The notes beneath the pieces are model-generated. The model was given only the letters and a program-made list of their open reading frames with translations. It made no database searches and had not been told where the DNA came from. From an uncultured Acidobacteriota bacterium (lineage in GTDB: Bacteria > Acidobacteriota > Thermoanaerobaculia > UBA5066), in the NCBI GenBank assembly GCA_963779415.1, contig CAVZYA010000003.1, positions 160,001-224,000 of the forward strand: 64,000 bases of DNA, written 5' to 3'. The position numbers were made by a program, and so were the translations under genes. Below are positions 1-11,790 of the stretch, in pieces (positions within the stretch are counted from its first letter, which is position 1; each line of letters starts with the position of its first letter).

Positions 1-302
1 GCGAGATGCTCCGGCTTCGGCGTCAGGTCGTCGAACGTCGCGCCATAGAGCGAGACGACGGGGATCCGGGAGGGCTCCCCCGAGTCGACGGCCTCCATGT
101 CCTGCGCCGCGCCCCAGAAGCCGTGCTCCGGGCCGAAGAGGATCTCCACGTCGAGGCCCGCCGCCGCCATCGCGCGCGCGGCCGGGACGAAGCCCGACGT
201 TACCGACGCCGCGTTCGCGAGAAGCCCGATCCGCTTTCCGCGAAGGAGCGACGGGTCCCGGAGGAGAACGTCGAGGCCGGCCAGGAGCTTCCCGGTCGTC
301 AC
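1..302 (-). CDS. DUF1343 / NamZ-like exo-beta-N-acetylmuramidase, N-terminal part (runs off window start)
   Basis: Manual translation from GTG at 302: ...GKRIGLLANAASV...LFGPEHGFWGAAQDM...IPVVSLYG...DLTPKPEHL, the typical DUF1343 motifs. Confidence 0.8.
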   Translation of the reverse strand, partial: MTTGKLLAGLDVLLRDPSLLRGKRIGLLANAASVTSGFVPAARAMAAAGLDVEILFGPEHGFWGAAQDMEAVDSGEPSRIPVVSLYGATFDDLTPKPEHL

Positions 303-392
303 GGCGGCGAGTCTAAGCGGCTGGGCCCGCGTGATGGTGCGAGAGAGCACGGTGAAACTCCGCCGCCTGAAGGAGGCCCATACCGGGGGATT

Positions 393-427
393 TAAGAAAA
401 ACGAGAGGCCCGAAGGCCTCCCGTTTC
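393..427 (-). terminator. Rho-independent terminator of the collagen-like gene
   Basis: Minus strand AAACGGGAGGCC-TTCG-GGCCTCTCGTTTTTCTT: stem, UUCG loop and U-tract about 30 nt after the stop at 455. Confidence 0.8.
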
Positions 428-454
428 ACGATCGTTTTTGCGGCTCCGGGCGCG

Positions 455-3400
455 CTACTGAATCGGATCGCCCGATGGGATCGTGAACGTGACGGTCCAG
501 GTCGCGCTTCGCGCCGTCGGGTTGCTGGCGGGCGTGCTCCGAACATTGACCGCGCCGGTCGTCAGCGGGAAGTTGCTGGCGTTGCTGCAGGTCGTGTTGC
601 CGCTCGTGATGGTGCACGAGATCGAGCTCGTCGACGCATTCGACCTGACCGCAAACGCGTAGCTGTTTGGCGCGGCTCCGGGGTCCCCGCTCAGGGTCAC
701 GGAGAAGTCGTGCAGGTAGCCCCCACAGTAGACGCCTGCGGTGTTATCCGTAACGGTCGTACTCGGAGTCGTCTGGGAGATCAACGATGCATAGCTGGCG
801 GCGCCGGTGTTGAGGTTGGCCCCGTTCGTGCCGCCACTCTAGCGCATAGTTCCCGGAAACGCAGGGACCCGCGGCCCCCGTCGCACCCGTGGCTCCGGTT
901 GCACCCGTCGGGCTCGACCGGCCCTGTCGCGCCCGTGAGCCCCATCGGTCCGCTCGGCCCGGCGGCGCCCGTCGGGCCATTCGGCCCCGTCGCGCCAGTG
1001 AGCCCGGTCGGTCCGCTGGTCTCGCTCGGGCCCGTGGTGCCCGTCTGGTCCAACAGGACCCGTCGCTCCCGTAAGGCCAGTAGGGCCGCTCGGACCGATT
1101 GCACCCGTAGCACCGGTCAATCCCGTCGGTCCGGATGGTCCGCTGGGCCCGGCTGGTCCGGTCGCTCCCGTCAGTCCGGTCGGCCCCCTGAAGGTCCGCT
1201 CGGTCCCGTGGCTCCGGCGGCACCCGCCGGACCACTGGGCCCCGCGGCGCGCCTGTGGCTCCCTCAGGCCCCGTCGGCCCCGTCGACCCGATCTGCGCAA
1301 TCAGCTGCCAACTCGGGTCCGCACCCGGCGTCGTCGTGTTGCCGTCCGTCGTGCTGATGTAACTCGACCCGCCGTTCGACACCGCGTCGTCCTTCGCGTA
1401 CGGCCCCGTCCCGTTCCACGGTCCCTGCCACGTCATCCCCACGGGGCCCGTTGGGCCCGTTGGACCCGTCGGCCCGTCGAGCCTGTCAATCCGATGGGCC
1501 CTGTCGCTCCGGTAAGACCCGTCGGTCCCGTTGCTCCGGTCGAACCCGTCAAGCCGGTGGGTTCCGTCGCGCCAGTCGTCTCCCGTCAAACCCGTTGGTC
1601 CCGTTGCCCCCGTCGCTCCAGTGAGGCCCGTCGGACCCGTAGCTCCCGTGGCGCCTGTCGGACCGGTAGATCCAGTCGCACCGGTCAAGCCGGTCGCACC
1701 GATCGGTCCGGTGGTCCCGGCGGTCCCCCTCAGGCCCCGTCGGTCCCGTCGGACCGGTCGGACCGGTCGGACCAGTCGACCCGATCTGCGCTATCAGCTG
1801 CCAGCTCGGATCCGCACCAGGTGTCGTCGTGTTGCCGTCCGTCGCGCCGAGTAGCCGACCCGCCGTTTGACACCGCGTCGTCCTTCGCGTACGGACCCGT
1901 CCCGTTCCAAGCTCCCTGCCACGTCATCCCCACGGGGCCCGTTGGGCCCGTTGGACCCGTCGGCCCCGTCGAGCCTGTCAATCCGATGGGCCCGGTAGCT
2001 CCGGTGGCGCCTGCAGGACCGACAACGCCGGTTGCGCCAGTCGGTCCTGTCGCTCCGGTAAGACCCGTCGGTCCCGTTGCTCCGGTTGCACCGGCGACGC
2101 CCGTGGCACCCGTCGGCTCAATCGGCCCAGTCGCGCTTGTAACACCCGTCGCGCCAGCCGGACCCGTTGCACCCGTGGCTCCCTCAGGCCCCACTGGTCC
2201 TGTCGGTCCCGTAGGTCCCGTCGGCCCTGTCGACCCCGTCGGTCCTGTCGACCCGATCTGCGCAAGCAGCTGCCAGCTCGGATCCGCACCAGGCGTCGTC
2301 GTGTTGCCGTCCGTCGTGCTGATGTAGCTCGACCCGCCGTTTGACACCGCGTCGTCCTTCCGTACGGACCCGTCCCGTTCCAGAGCTCCCTGCCACGTCA
2401 TCCCCACGGGGCCCGTTGGGCCCGTTGGACCCCTCGGCCCCGTCGAGCCTGTCAATCCGATGGGCCCGGTAGCTCCGGTGGCGCCTGCAGGACCGACAAC
2501 GCCGGTTGCGCCAGTCGGTCCTGTCGCTCCGGTAAGACCCGTCGGTCCCGTTGCTCCGGTTGCACCGGTGACGCCCGTGGCACCCGTCGGCCCAATCGGC
2601 CCCGTGGCTCCTGTGAGCCCGGTCGGTCCACTTGGTCCGCTCGGTCCGGTGGTGCCCGTCGGTCCAACAGGACCCGTCGCTCCCGTAAGGCCAGTAGGGC
2701 CGCTCGGACCGATTGCACCCGTAGCACCGGTCAATCCCGTCGGTCCGGATGGTCCGCTGGGCCCGGCTGGTCCGGTCGCTCCCGTCCAGTCCGGTCGGCC
2801 CCGAAGGTCCGCTCGGTCCCGTGGCTCCGGCGGCACCCGCCGGACCACTGGGCCCCGTGGTGCCTGTCGCCCCCTCAGGCCCCGTCGGTCCCGTCGGACG
2901 GGTCGGACTCAGTCGACCCGATCTGCGCTATCAGCTGCCAGCTCGGATCCGCACCAGGTGTCGTCGCGTTGCCGTCCGTCGTGCTGATGTAGCTCGACCC
3001 GCCGTACGACACCGCGTCGTCCTTCGCGTACGGACCCGTCCCGTTTGAAGCTCCCTGCCACGTCATCCCCACGGGGCCCGTCGGGCCCGTTGGACCGTCG
3101 GCCCCGTTGGACCCGTCGGCCCCGTCGAGCCTGTCAATCCGATGGGCCCGGTAGCTCCGGTGGCGCCTGCAGGACCGGCAACGCCGGTTGCGCCAGTCGG
3201 TCCTGTCGCTCCGGTAAGACCCGTCGGTCCCGTTGCTCCGGTTGCACCGGTGACGCCCGTGGCACCCGTCGGCCCAATCGGCCCCGTGGCTCCTGTGAGC
3301 CCGGTCGGTCCACTTGGTCCGCTCGGTCCGGTGGCGCCCGTCGGTCCAACAGGACCCGTCGCTCCCGTCAGTCCGATCGGTCCCGAAGGACCGCTCGGAC

Positions 3401-5796
3401 CAGTCTTGGGCCCGTAGCACCGGTCACACCGGTTGCGCCCGTCGGTCCGGTCGCTCCGGTGGCACCTGCGGGACCACTGGGCCCCGTGGTGCCTGTGGCT
3501 CCCTCAGGTCCCGTCGGGCCGTCGGCCCCGTCGGTCCTGTCGACCCATCTGCGCAAGCAGCTGCCAGCTCGGATCCGCACCAGGCGTCGTCGTGTTGCCG
3601 TCCGTCGTGCTGATGTAGCTCGACCCGCCGTTCGACACCGCGTCGTCCTTCGCGTACGGACCCGTACCGTTCCACGCGCCTTGCCAAGTCATCCCCACCG
3701 CGCCCGACGGGCCCGTGGCTCCCCGTCGCGCCAGCAGGCCCCGCCACGCCCGCCGGCCCGGTCGCACCTGTCGCTCCCGCAGGCCCAGCCGGTCCCGTCG
3801 CACCCGTTGATCCAGCAGGCCCCGCAACACCTGCCGGTCCCGTCGCGCCCGTGGCTCCCACAGGCCCAGCTGGTCCCGTCGCACCCGTTGATCCAGCAGG
3901 CCCCGCCACGCCCGCCGGTCCGGTCGCACCTGTCGCTCCCGCGGGCCCAGCTGGTCCCGTCGCACCTGTCGCTCCGGTGGCTCCGGTCGCTCCCGTCACG
4001 CCCGTCGCTCCGATGGGCTCCTGTCGCTCCGGTAGCTCCTGTTGCGCCCGTCGGCCCAATCGGTCCAGTCGCTCCCGTCACACCGGTCGCCCCTGTCGGT
4101 CCCGTTGCGCCCGAAGGCCCAATCGGTCCGGTGGCTCCCGTAGCTCCAGTGACTCCCGTAGCGCCTGTTGGTCCAATCGGCCCAGTCGCGCCTGTAACAC
4201 CCGTCGCGCCAGCCGGGCCCGTTGCACCCGTGGCTCCCCTCAGGCCCCACTGGTCCTGTCGGTCCCGTAGGTCCCGTCGGCCCCGTCGACCCAATCTGAG
4301 CAATCAGCTGCCAACTCGGATCCACACCCGGCGTCGTCGTGTTGCCGTCCGTCGTGCTGATGTAACTCGACCCGCCGTTCGACACCGCGTCGTTCTTCGC
4401 GTATGGACCCGTACCGTTCCACGCGCCTTGCCAAGTCATCCCCATGGGGCCCGACGGGCCCGTGGCTCCCGTCGCGCCAGCAGGCCCCGCTAGACCTACC
4501 GGTCCCGTCGCTCCCGTGGCTCCCGCAGGCCCAGCGGGCCCCGTCGCACCCGTTGATCCAGCAGGCCCCGCAACACCTGCCGTTCCCGTCGCACCCGTGG
4601 CTCCACAGGCCCGCTGGTCCCGTCGCTCCCGTAGGTCCAGCTGGTCCGGTGGCTCCAGCAACGCCCGTTGGACCAGCGGCTCCTGTCGCCCCGGTGGCAC
4701 CGGTCGCACCCAGGACCGTGCGGTCCGGCGGGGGTCCTGTCGGACCGGTAGCGCCCGTCGGTCCGGTCGGACCCTCCGGACCTGCCAGTCCCGACGCGGC
4801 AATGGTGATCGTGTTGCCCAACGACGACAGGGTGATGTTCGGGCCGGCCGCGAGGGTGACGTCACCGGTCAGACCGTTCAGGCTCATCACGCCGACCGAG
4901 CCGGCGAGCAGCGAGTTCCGGAAGGCCATCTCGAATCCGGCGGCGTCGTTGCTGCCGTTGGCGAGTTGCGTGCCGTAGACGATCACCTTCCCGGTGCCGG
5001 AGATCACGGTCGTCCAGATCAGAGCGTTGCGCGTCGAGATCGCCGGGACGACATCCTTGACGTTGTACTGGAGAGCCTCCCACGCCAGGACCGTGTAGTC
5101 CTTTTCCCCCAGCAGGGCGCCAAGGGTGTCCCTCAGAGACGCGGACCGTGGCCGGCCCCCCCTCGAGATTGACGAGCCCGAAGTTGTAACGGAAGTCTGC
5201 ATCGGCTCCCTGAGTGACGCCCTGAAGCTGTGACGTTTGGCCGAGCGAGATCGCGAAGTTCGCGGGAATCCCGCTGAAGAAGAGTCCGTAACTGTCTGCC
5301 TCACGACCCGCCACCGGAAGGTCGTAGGTTCGAGACGAGACGAGAACCGCGTCCGACGCGGTCACCCGGACGGCGCCGGAAACACCGGACACGCCGAACA
5401 GCGTCTCCACCGCGTTGTCGTAACGCCGCGTCTCGGCGGGCGACAGTGTGCCGGAGAACTGAGCGGCGATGGATTCGACTGATCCCTCTGATAGAAGGCC
5501 GCCTGGAACGTCGCCGGGTTCTGCGAAAGGTTCGTGATCCAGATCGTCGAGTAGAACTCGCTGCCGTAGAGACCGGGCGCCCTCGAGACCGCCGGGATGA
5601 CGACGTCCATGCCCGAGAAGCCGGCTAGGAGAGGCGAGCTGAAGGGCAGGGCCACGAGCCCGACGACACTGCCCGCCGCGACGAAGTGGAAGAGCCCCCT
5701 CAAACGCTGACGAAAACGGCAGGTTCCGCGATCGCCGTGGGCGCGCGACCGCGCTCCGCCGCGACGGTCACCCCGCGACAACTCCACTCCGCTCAT
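455..5796 (-). CDS. Large secreted collagen-like (GXT repeat) surface protein with six Trp-rich modules; broken by many apparent frameshifts
   Basis: ORF fragments join colinearly: hydrophobic signal-like segment, globular N-domain ([25 protein letters not shown]...), (GPT/GAT/GLT)n tracts, repeated [51 protein letters not shown], and a Cys-containing beta-rich C-domain. Start codon uncertain. Confidence 0.75.
860..4785 (-). repeat. 9-bp-periodic collagen codon repeats with six ~150-bp module copies and 200-300 bp near-identical direct repeats
   Basis: Module copies near 1291-1440, 1784-1931, 2256-2405, 2921-3070, 3547-3696, 4274-4443; segment ~1040-1240 is nearly identical to ~2655-2860. 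Confidence 0.9.
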
Positions 5797-5811
5797 CTGC
5801 TGGGTCATCGT

Positions 5812-5827
5812 AGCAAACAAGATGCCT
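5812..5827 (-). promoter_or_regulatory. Sigma-54 (-24/-12) promoter
   Basis: Minus strand AGGCATCTTGTTTGCT = GG-N10-GC, close to TGGCAY-N5-TTGCW, directly upstream of the collagen-like gene. Confidence 0.65.
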
Positions 5828-5862
5828 TCGTCGAAAGGCTGAAAAATCGCGAAGGTCCTCTA

Positions 5863-5875
5863 CAACCCCTGGATT
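5863..5875 (-). promoter_or_regulatory. IHF-like binding site
   Basis: AATCCAGGGGTTG, one mismatch to WATCARNNNNTTR, about 35-50 bp upstream of the -24 box. Confidence 0.45.
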
Positions 5876-5950
5876 CAAGGGTTACCGATGGAAAGGATGA
5901 GCCCCGACGGACAAATTCTGTCACTCTCGGCGACAGATATTCCCGACACC

Positions 5951-7127
5951 TCAGCCGTTCGTCTTCTCCGGCGGATGTCCCGCGGAGGCCGAGCCGGCTC
6001 GAACCAGTATCTCTGCGATCCGCGGCGCCGCGTGCCCGTCGCCATACGGATTCTCTCGTCGTGCCATGGAGTCGTAGGCGGACCGGTCCCTGAGCAGTCT
6101 CTCCGTCTCGCTGACGATCCGGTCGACGTCGGTGCCGACGAGCCTCGCGACGCCGGCCCGGATCCCTTCGGGGCGCTCCGTCGACTCGCGCAGAACGAGG
6201 ACCGGCTTGCCCAGGGACGGAGCCTCCTCCTGAATGCCTCCCGAGTCCGTCAGAATCAGTTCGGCCACCTTCAGCAGAACCACAAACGGCAGATAGTCGA
6301 GCGGCTCCGTCAGGATTACCCGGGGCACGGACGACAGAATCTCGCGGACGGGCTGCTGTACGTTCGGGTTCAGATGAACCGGGTAGACGACCACCACGTC
6401 GTCGTTTCGCTCCGCGATCCTGCGCAGGGCCTCGCAGATCCTCCGGAGAGCGGCGCCAAGCTCTCCCGGCGGTGGCTCGTCACGAGGACGAGCCGCCGCC
6501 CGCCCGGACCGCCCTCCACGGGGGCCGGAAAAGGAGCAAAGGCGGCCCCCGCGTCGAGCCTCCCGAGAACGTCGACCAAGGCGTCGATACCCGTGTTGCC
6601 GACGATGTGGATCCGGTCGCTTCGACGCCCTCCGAAAGAAGGTTCTCGCGCGCGAGCGGCGTCGGAGCGAAGTGCCAGTTGGCGAGCGACGCCGTCAGGC
6701 GGCGGTTGACCTCTTCGGGAAATGGCTGGGCGCTGTCCCGGGTCCGCAGTCCGGCCTCCACGTGAGCCACCGGGACCTTGAGAAGAACGCCGACAGCGCG
6801 GCTGCGAAGGTCGTCGTCGTGTCCCCCTGCACGACGATGACGTCAGGGGATTCGCGCGCGATGACGTGGGAAACGGACTGGAGCACTGCCGCCGTGATTT
6901 CCGTCAGGTCCTGCCCCTTTCGCATCAGGTCGAGGTCGTGGTCCGGGACGATTCCGAGACAGGCCCATCAACGGGTCGAGCATCTCCCGGTGCTGGGCCG
7001 TCGTGCACGTATGCACCTCCATCCTGCCCGACAAGGCGCGCACGACCGGGGCCAGCTTGATCACCTCCGGCCTCGTACCGAAGACGACGAGAGCCTTCGG
7101 CCTCACCGGGCGGTCCCCCGTTGCCAC
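5951..7127 (-). CDS. wecB: UDP-N-acetylglucosamine 2-epimerase (non-hydrolysing), frameshifted
   Basis: [79 protein letters not shown] spread across several frames. Confidence 0.9.
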
Positions 7128-7879
7128 CGCTCCTGCACCAGAGCGATCATGAGGCGAAGATGATCGCCGATCGCCTTGAGCGTCTTCATCTTCGACGCCC
7201 CGGTCGTCCTCCTCCGCAGCACCATCGGCCGCTCGACCACGGAGAATCCCTGCCGCAACGCGGACGCCAGCATCTCCGTGACGCCGGGAAATCCGGGGTT
7301 CTCGAATCGCATCCTCTCGACGACTTCGCGACGGAACACCCGGAAGCATGAAGTGTAGCTGTAAGCTTCACCGGGAGGATCAGCCCGTAGAGCCCGCGAA
7401 GCGCCGCGACTGAGGACGACGCGCCATCGGGGAACTCCCTCGACACCGCCGAGCGGATGGTATGGGGAGGCCGAGACGACGTCAGCCCCCGACGACTCGA
7501 GTTCGTCCACCATCGGAATCGCTCGCGAGGATCGAACGTGCAATCGGCGTCGATCGTGCACACGACGTCGCCGTGGGCGGACTGGAACCCGTCCGGATCG
7601 CTTCCGCGATTCCGCGGTTGGACTCGTGGAGAAGGACCCGGCCGTTCACCTCCGGCGCAATCTCCCGGAGCGCCGCGCTCGTTCGGTCGGTCGATCCGTC
7701 GTCCACGAAGAGAATCTCGGTATCGTACCGGGGCCCGAGGCCGGCGACGACCTCCGCGAGGATCCGGCGCAGCATCGAACGGTTTCCTCCTCGTTGAAGC
7801 AGGGGACCACGATCGAGACCCGCCGGCGCGCCGAGGGCGTGCTCGACGATCCGCGGTGGCCACCTTCCGGTCCGGTCAT
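7103..7879 (-). CDS. GT2 glycosyltransferase (polyprenol-phosphate sugar synthase-like), frameshifted
   Basis: [33 protein letters not shown] (DxD), ASPYHP, GASKMK motifs in successive frames. Confidence 0.8.
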
Positions 7880-7944
7880 GTCGCCCGAATCATGGCCTCG
7901 ACGAATGCGGAAATGAAATCAGCCCGTCAACTACAATCGCGCCA

Positions 7945-10900
7945 ATGCCGGCGGAGGTTGAGGGGACGTGGCGGCGTCTGACCGTCGGGGCCCTCGCCCG
8001 GCTCCGCACCGAGGGCCTGGGATCTCGCCCTCCTGTTGCTGGCGCTCCTGTGCAACGCCGTCGCGCTTCCGGACGAGGCGCGTGTGAATGCCGTCCCGGT
8101 CAACGACGACGCCTTCCACGCGGTGGCCACGGAGCGTCTGGGCGAGGCGATCGCGGGTGGCGAGCCGTTCCTCGACCCGTGGGTCGCGGAGTGGGGACTC
8201 GGCTTCCCGATCTGGAGGAGCTACCAGCCACTGCCTCATCTCGTCGCGGCACCTTTCGTCCTGGCGGTCCCGCCCGCTCGCCGGACGGCGGTGTTCGCCG
8301 TCGTCGCGGCGGTCGTTCGAGGCCTCCTCCCGGCGGCCGTCTGGGGCGGCGCCCGCCTGTTCGGACTCTCTCCCCTGGCATCGGGAATCGCCGCACTGCT
8401 CGTCCTCCTGCCGTCGGGCCCGGCCAACCTCGGACACTTCGGCCTCGGGGGCGGACTCCTACGCGTTCAGTGGACCCGGGCTCTACACCCAGCAGTTCGC
8501 ATTCCTTCTCTTTCCTCTCGCCATCGGCGCGGCGCGCCGTGCCCTCGACACCGGCCGTCACCGCCCCCTGGCGGCCGCCCTTCTGTCGGCGACCTTCCTG
8601 TCGCACATCGTCGCCGGGTATGTCGCAGCGCTGGCCGTCGTCATCCTCGCCGTTGTCGGACCCTCCGGAGAAAGGCCCCGGCGGCTCGCTCGTCTTTCCT
8701 GGGTCGCCGCCGGTTCGGTCCTCCTGACGGCATGGTTCACGATACCGCTCTTCCTGGCCCGCGATTCGATCAGCCATTCGCGATGGGAACCGGCCTGGAA
8801 GTGGGACTCCTTCGGATCGAGAGCGATTCTCGAGGCGCTCTTCCACGGAACCCTGCTCGATTCCGGGCATCTTCCGGTTCTGACGGCCCTCCTCGCCCTC
8901 TCGGTTGCGTCGGCCGTCGTCCTTCGCCGCTCCGACACTTCCCGGCGCCTCCTCGCGCTCACCGCCGTTACCTTTGCCCTGTTTCTGGGGCGAGACACGT
9001 GGGGGCACCTGCTGCACCTGCTCGGCGTTCCCGGGGATCTCCACCTTCACCGGGTCCAGCCGGCACTCGAGCTTTCGGCCTGTCTGCTGATCGCATGGAG
9101 CGCCGATACCGCGCTGACGCACCTCCGGAATTCCAGCCCCTGGGCTGTCGCGCCGGCCGCGACGGTTCTCGGGGCGGCCTCCTCGTCGGACTCCATTCCC
9201 GGGCAGGGCTCTTCCGCGAGAGCTTCCGGATGGGACTCGACAGCCTGCGCGGCTGGAACCGCGAGAAGGGGGACGTCCGGGCGGCCTTCGACGACGTCCG
9301 CCGCCTCCTCCGGGAGAGGCCGGGGCGCATGACCGCGGGTCCCGCCGGAGGGTGGGGACGGGCTTTTCAGGTCGGCTGGGTCCCGGTCTACTTCGCCGCG
9401 GCTTTCGAGCACTTCGACTCGGTCAGCTTCCTCTTTCACGCGATGTCGAAGACGGGAGACACGATCTACCAGCGGAACTTCGAGGACGCCGGCCACGACG
9501 ACCTCTTCGCGATCCGCGCGGTCGTCGCACCGTCCGAGCTCGCGGTTCCGGCTCACTACCGGAAGGCAGGCCAGCACGGGAGATTCGTGGTCTACGAGGC
9601 CTCGCGGGAAGGCTATTTCGGGCTCGGCGACGTCATCGCCCGCTACACCGGCAAGAAGGGGACCGAGCAGGAGCTGTCGACGGCGTGGCTGGGGTCGCCC
9701 GCATCGCGGCAAGGGTTGTTCGTCGCGCTCGGGGCCGGGTCGGGCGAAATGCCGACCGTCGGGCGGTGGGGAACGATCCCCGCCGCCCCCTTGTTCGCCT
9801 TCACGCCGCGCGGCATGGTCATCTCCGAGCTCGCCGGCACGGGGCGCTGGCAGGCCGAGGTGAATCTCGAGCGGCCCTGCTGGGCCGTTCTGAAGGTGAC
9901 CTGGTTCCCCGACCTCCGGTTCTTCGTCGACGGAGTCGGCGTTCAGGCGATCCAGGTCACTCCGGGATTCCCGGCTGTCCCGGTGCCCGCGGGACGGCAC
10001 ATCGTCGGCGCGGTCTACCAGCCGTCTCCTCTGAAGCCGATCCTGTTCGCGGGAGGGATCGGTGCGTTTGCCCTTCTCGCGCTGGCCTCCCGCTCCGAAA
10101 GATCGCGCGGGCGGACGATCGCCTGGCAGGCGTCGCATCCCGTACGGAGACGTGGCTCGCCACCGCGGTACCGGCGTCCGCGGTCGCGGTGTCGGCCCTC
10201 GTCGTACTTTCCGGCCGCGCTCTCCTGCGGGGTCAGCTGATCCACGGCCACGATGCCCTCTGCTACCCGCCGCGCGTCGTCGAATTCGTCCGCGCGGTCC
10301 TCGACGGCCACGTCCCCGTCGTGTGGGCGGCCGACCTTGAAAACGGCTTCGGTCAGCCACTCTTCGCCTTCGCGTCACCGCTGATCTACCTCGCGGCCCT
10401 TCTCTCGACCTATCGGACTCGGCCTCGCGGACGCTCTCCAGCTCGGCCTGCTGATCCTTCTCGCCGCCGGCGCGGCCGGCGTCTACGTCCTGGCGCGGAT
10501 CTCTCCGTCTCGCGCCTCGCCGCAGTCGGAGCCACAGCCTTCTGGCTCTTACCCACCTGCACACGGATCTCTTCGTTCGCGCGGCATATGCGGAGTCAGC
10601 GGCCCTTCTCGTGTCACCTCTCGTCCTCCTGGCCCTCTGGAAGCTGACGGGGCCTCGGTTCTCCGCCGCCTCACTTGCGGGAGGCGCATGCGCCGTGGCA
10701 ACCGTCGTTCTCGGGCACAACGCGGTCGCGCTGCTCCTCATCCCGGCTTTCTTTCTGGTGGCCGGCATCGCATCGGCCGAGAGACCGTTCCGGCCCGCTC
10801 CGTCCCTCAGGGCCGGCGCCGCGCTCGTCCTCGGCATGGTGCTGGCCGCCTTCTTCTGGATTCCCGCCTTCAGAGATCCCGTGGATCAGCTCACGGCAGC

Positions 10901-11781
10901 CACCTTCTCGTTCCGGGACCACTTCCCGACGTTCGGCCAGCTGCTCTACTCGCCCTGGGGCTACGGCCTATCCGTCCCGGGACCGGACGACGGGATGTCC
11001 TTCATGGTGGGCCCGCTGCACCTTCTCGCCGGACTGATGGGCCTCCTCGCGGCGATCCGGCGGGGCCCCGGGCGCGCTCGCGCGCTCGGCATCGCCGCCG
11101 CAACGGCCTCCGGAATCGGCATCTTCCTCGCCAGTCCCGCGTCACTCTTTCTGTGGGAGCGGATTCCCCTCCTGCAGTTCGTCCAGCTCCCGTGGCGGGC
11201 GCTCGTCCTGCCGACGCTCTTTCTTCCGGTCCTTGCGGCCCTCGCGCTCGACGACATCCCCCGGTCCGCCGCGATCGGAGCCGTCGGCCTCGTCCTCCTC
11301 GCGAATCTCGCCCACACCGAGCCGAAGGGCTACCTCCGGTTCGACGACGAGTTCTACGAGCCCGCCCGGATCGCGGCCAACGGGGTCAACACGACGACCG
11401 CGAAGAGTACGAGCCCCGCTGGGTCGGCGCTCGCCCGCCGTACTCGCCGCTGCCCCTCCTGGCCGCGACCGGGATCGACTTCATCGAAGCCCGGGAGACG
11501 ACCGCGCACCGCCATTACCTCGTCCGGATTCCCCGCCGGACAACGGTGGAGGCCGCCGTCTTCTGGTACCCCGGCTGGCGCGTCTCATCGACGGTCACGA
11601 GGTTCCCACGTCCATCGTCCCGGGGCGGGGGACCTTCTCGTTCCCGGTGGAGGAAGGCGAGCACGAGATCGACATGGTGTTCACGCGGACTCCCCTGCGG
11701 ACAGTCTCACTCCTCGCCAGCATCGTCACCGCGTTTCTCCTCGTCGCCGGCGTTGCCGTCGAGCGACGCCGGCCATCGTAG
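7945..11781 (+). CDS. Polytopic membrane protein, GT-C / PTPS-related / YfhO-like, apparently two tandem modules; frameshifted
   Basis: NDDAFH..DPWVAEWGLGFPIWRSYQPLPH and later GHDALCYPPRVVEF..WAADLENGFGQPLFAF; many TM segments; each module ends with a YfhO-like W(F/Y)P.W/L..VDG...G.H tail. Confidence 0.65.
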
Positions 11782-11790
11782 GCGCGCGTT

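Noticed and set aside
860-4785. CRISPR-like or DGR-like repeat array
   Set aside because: The repeats are codon-periodic and protein-coding, have no unique spacers and no evident adenine-specific variation, and there is no cas or reverse transcriptase gene in the window
710-4978. Plus-strand PVGPVAP repeat ORFs
   Set aside because: Antisense shadow of the GXT codons; the signal peptide, promoter and terminator all support the minus strand
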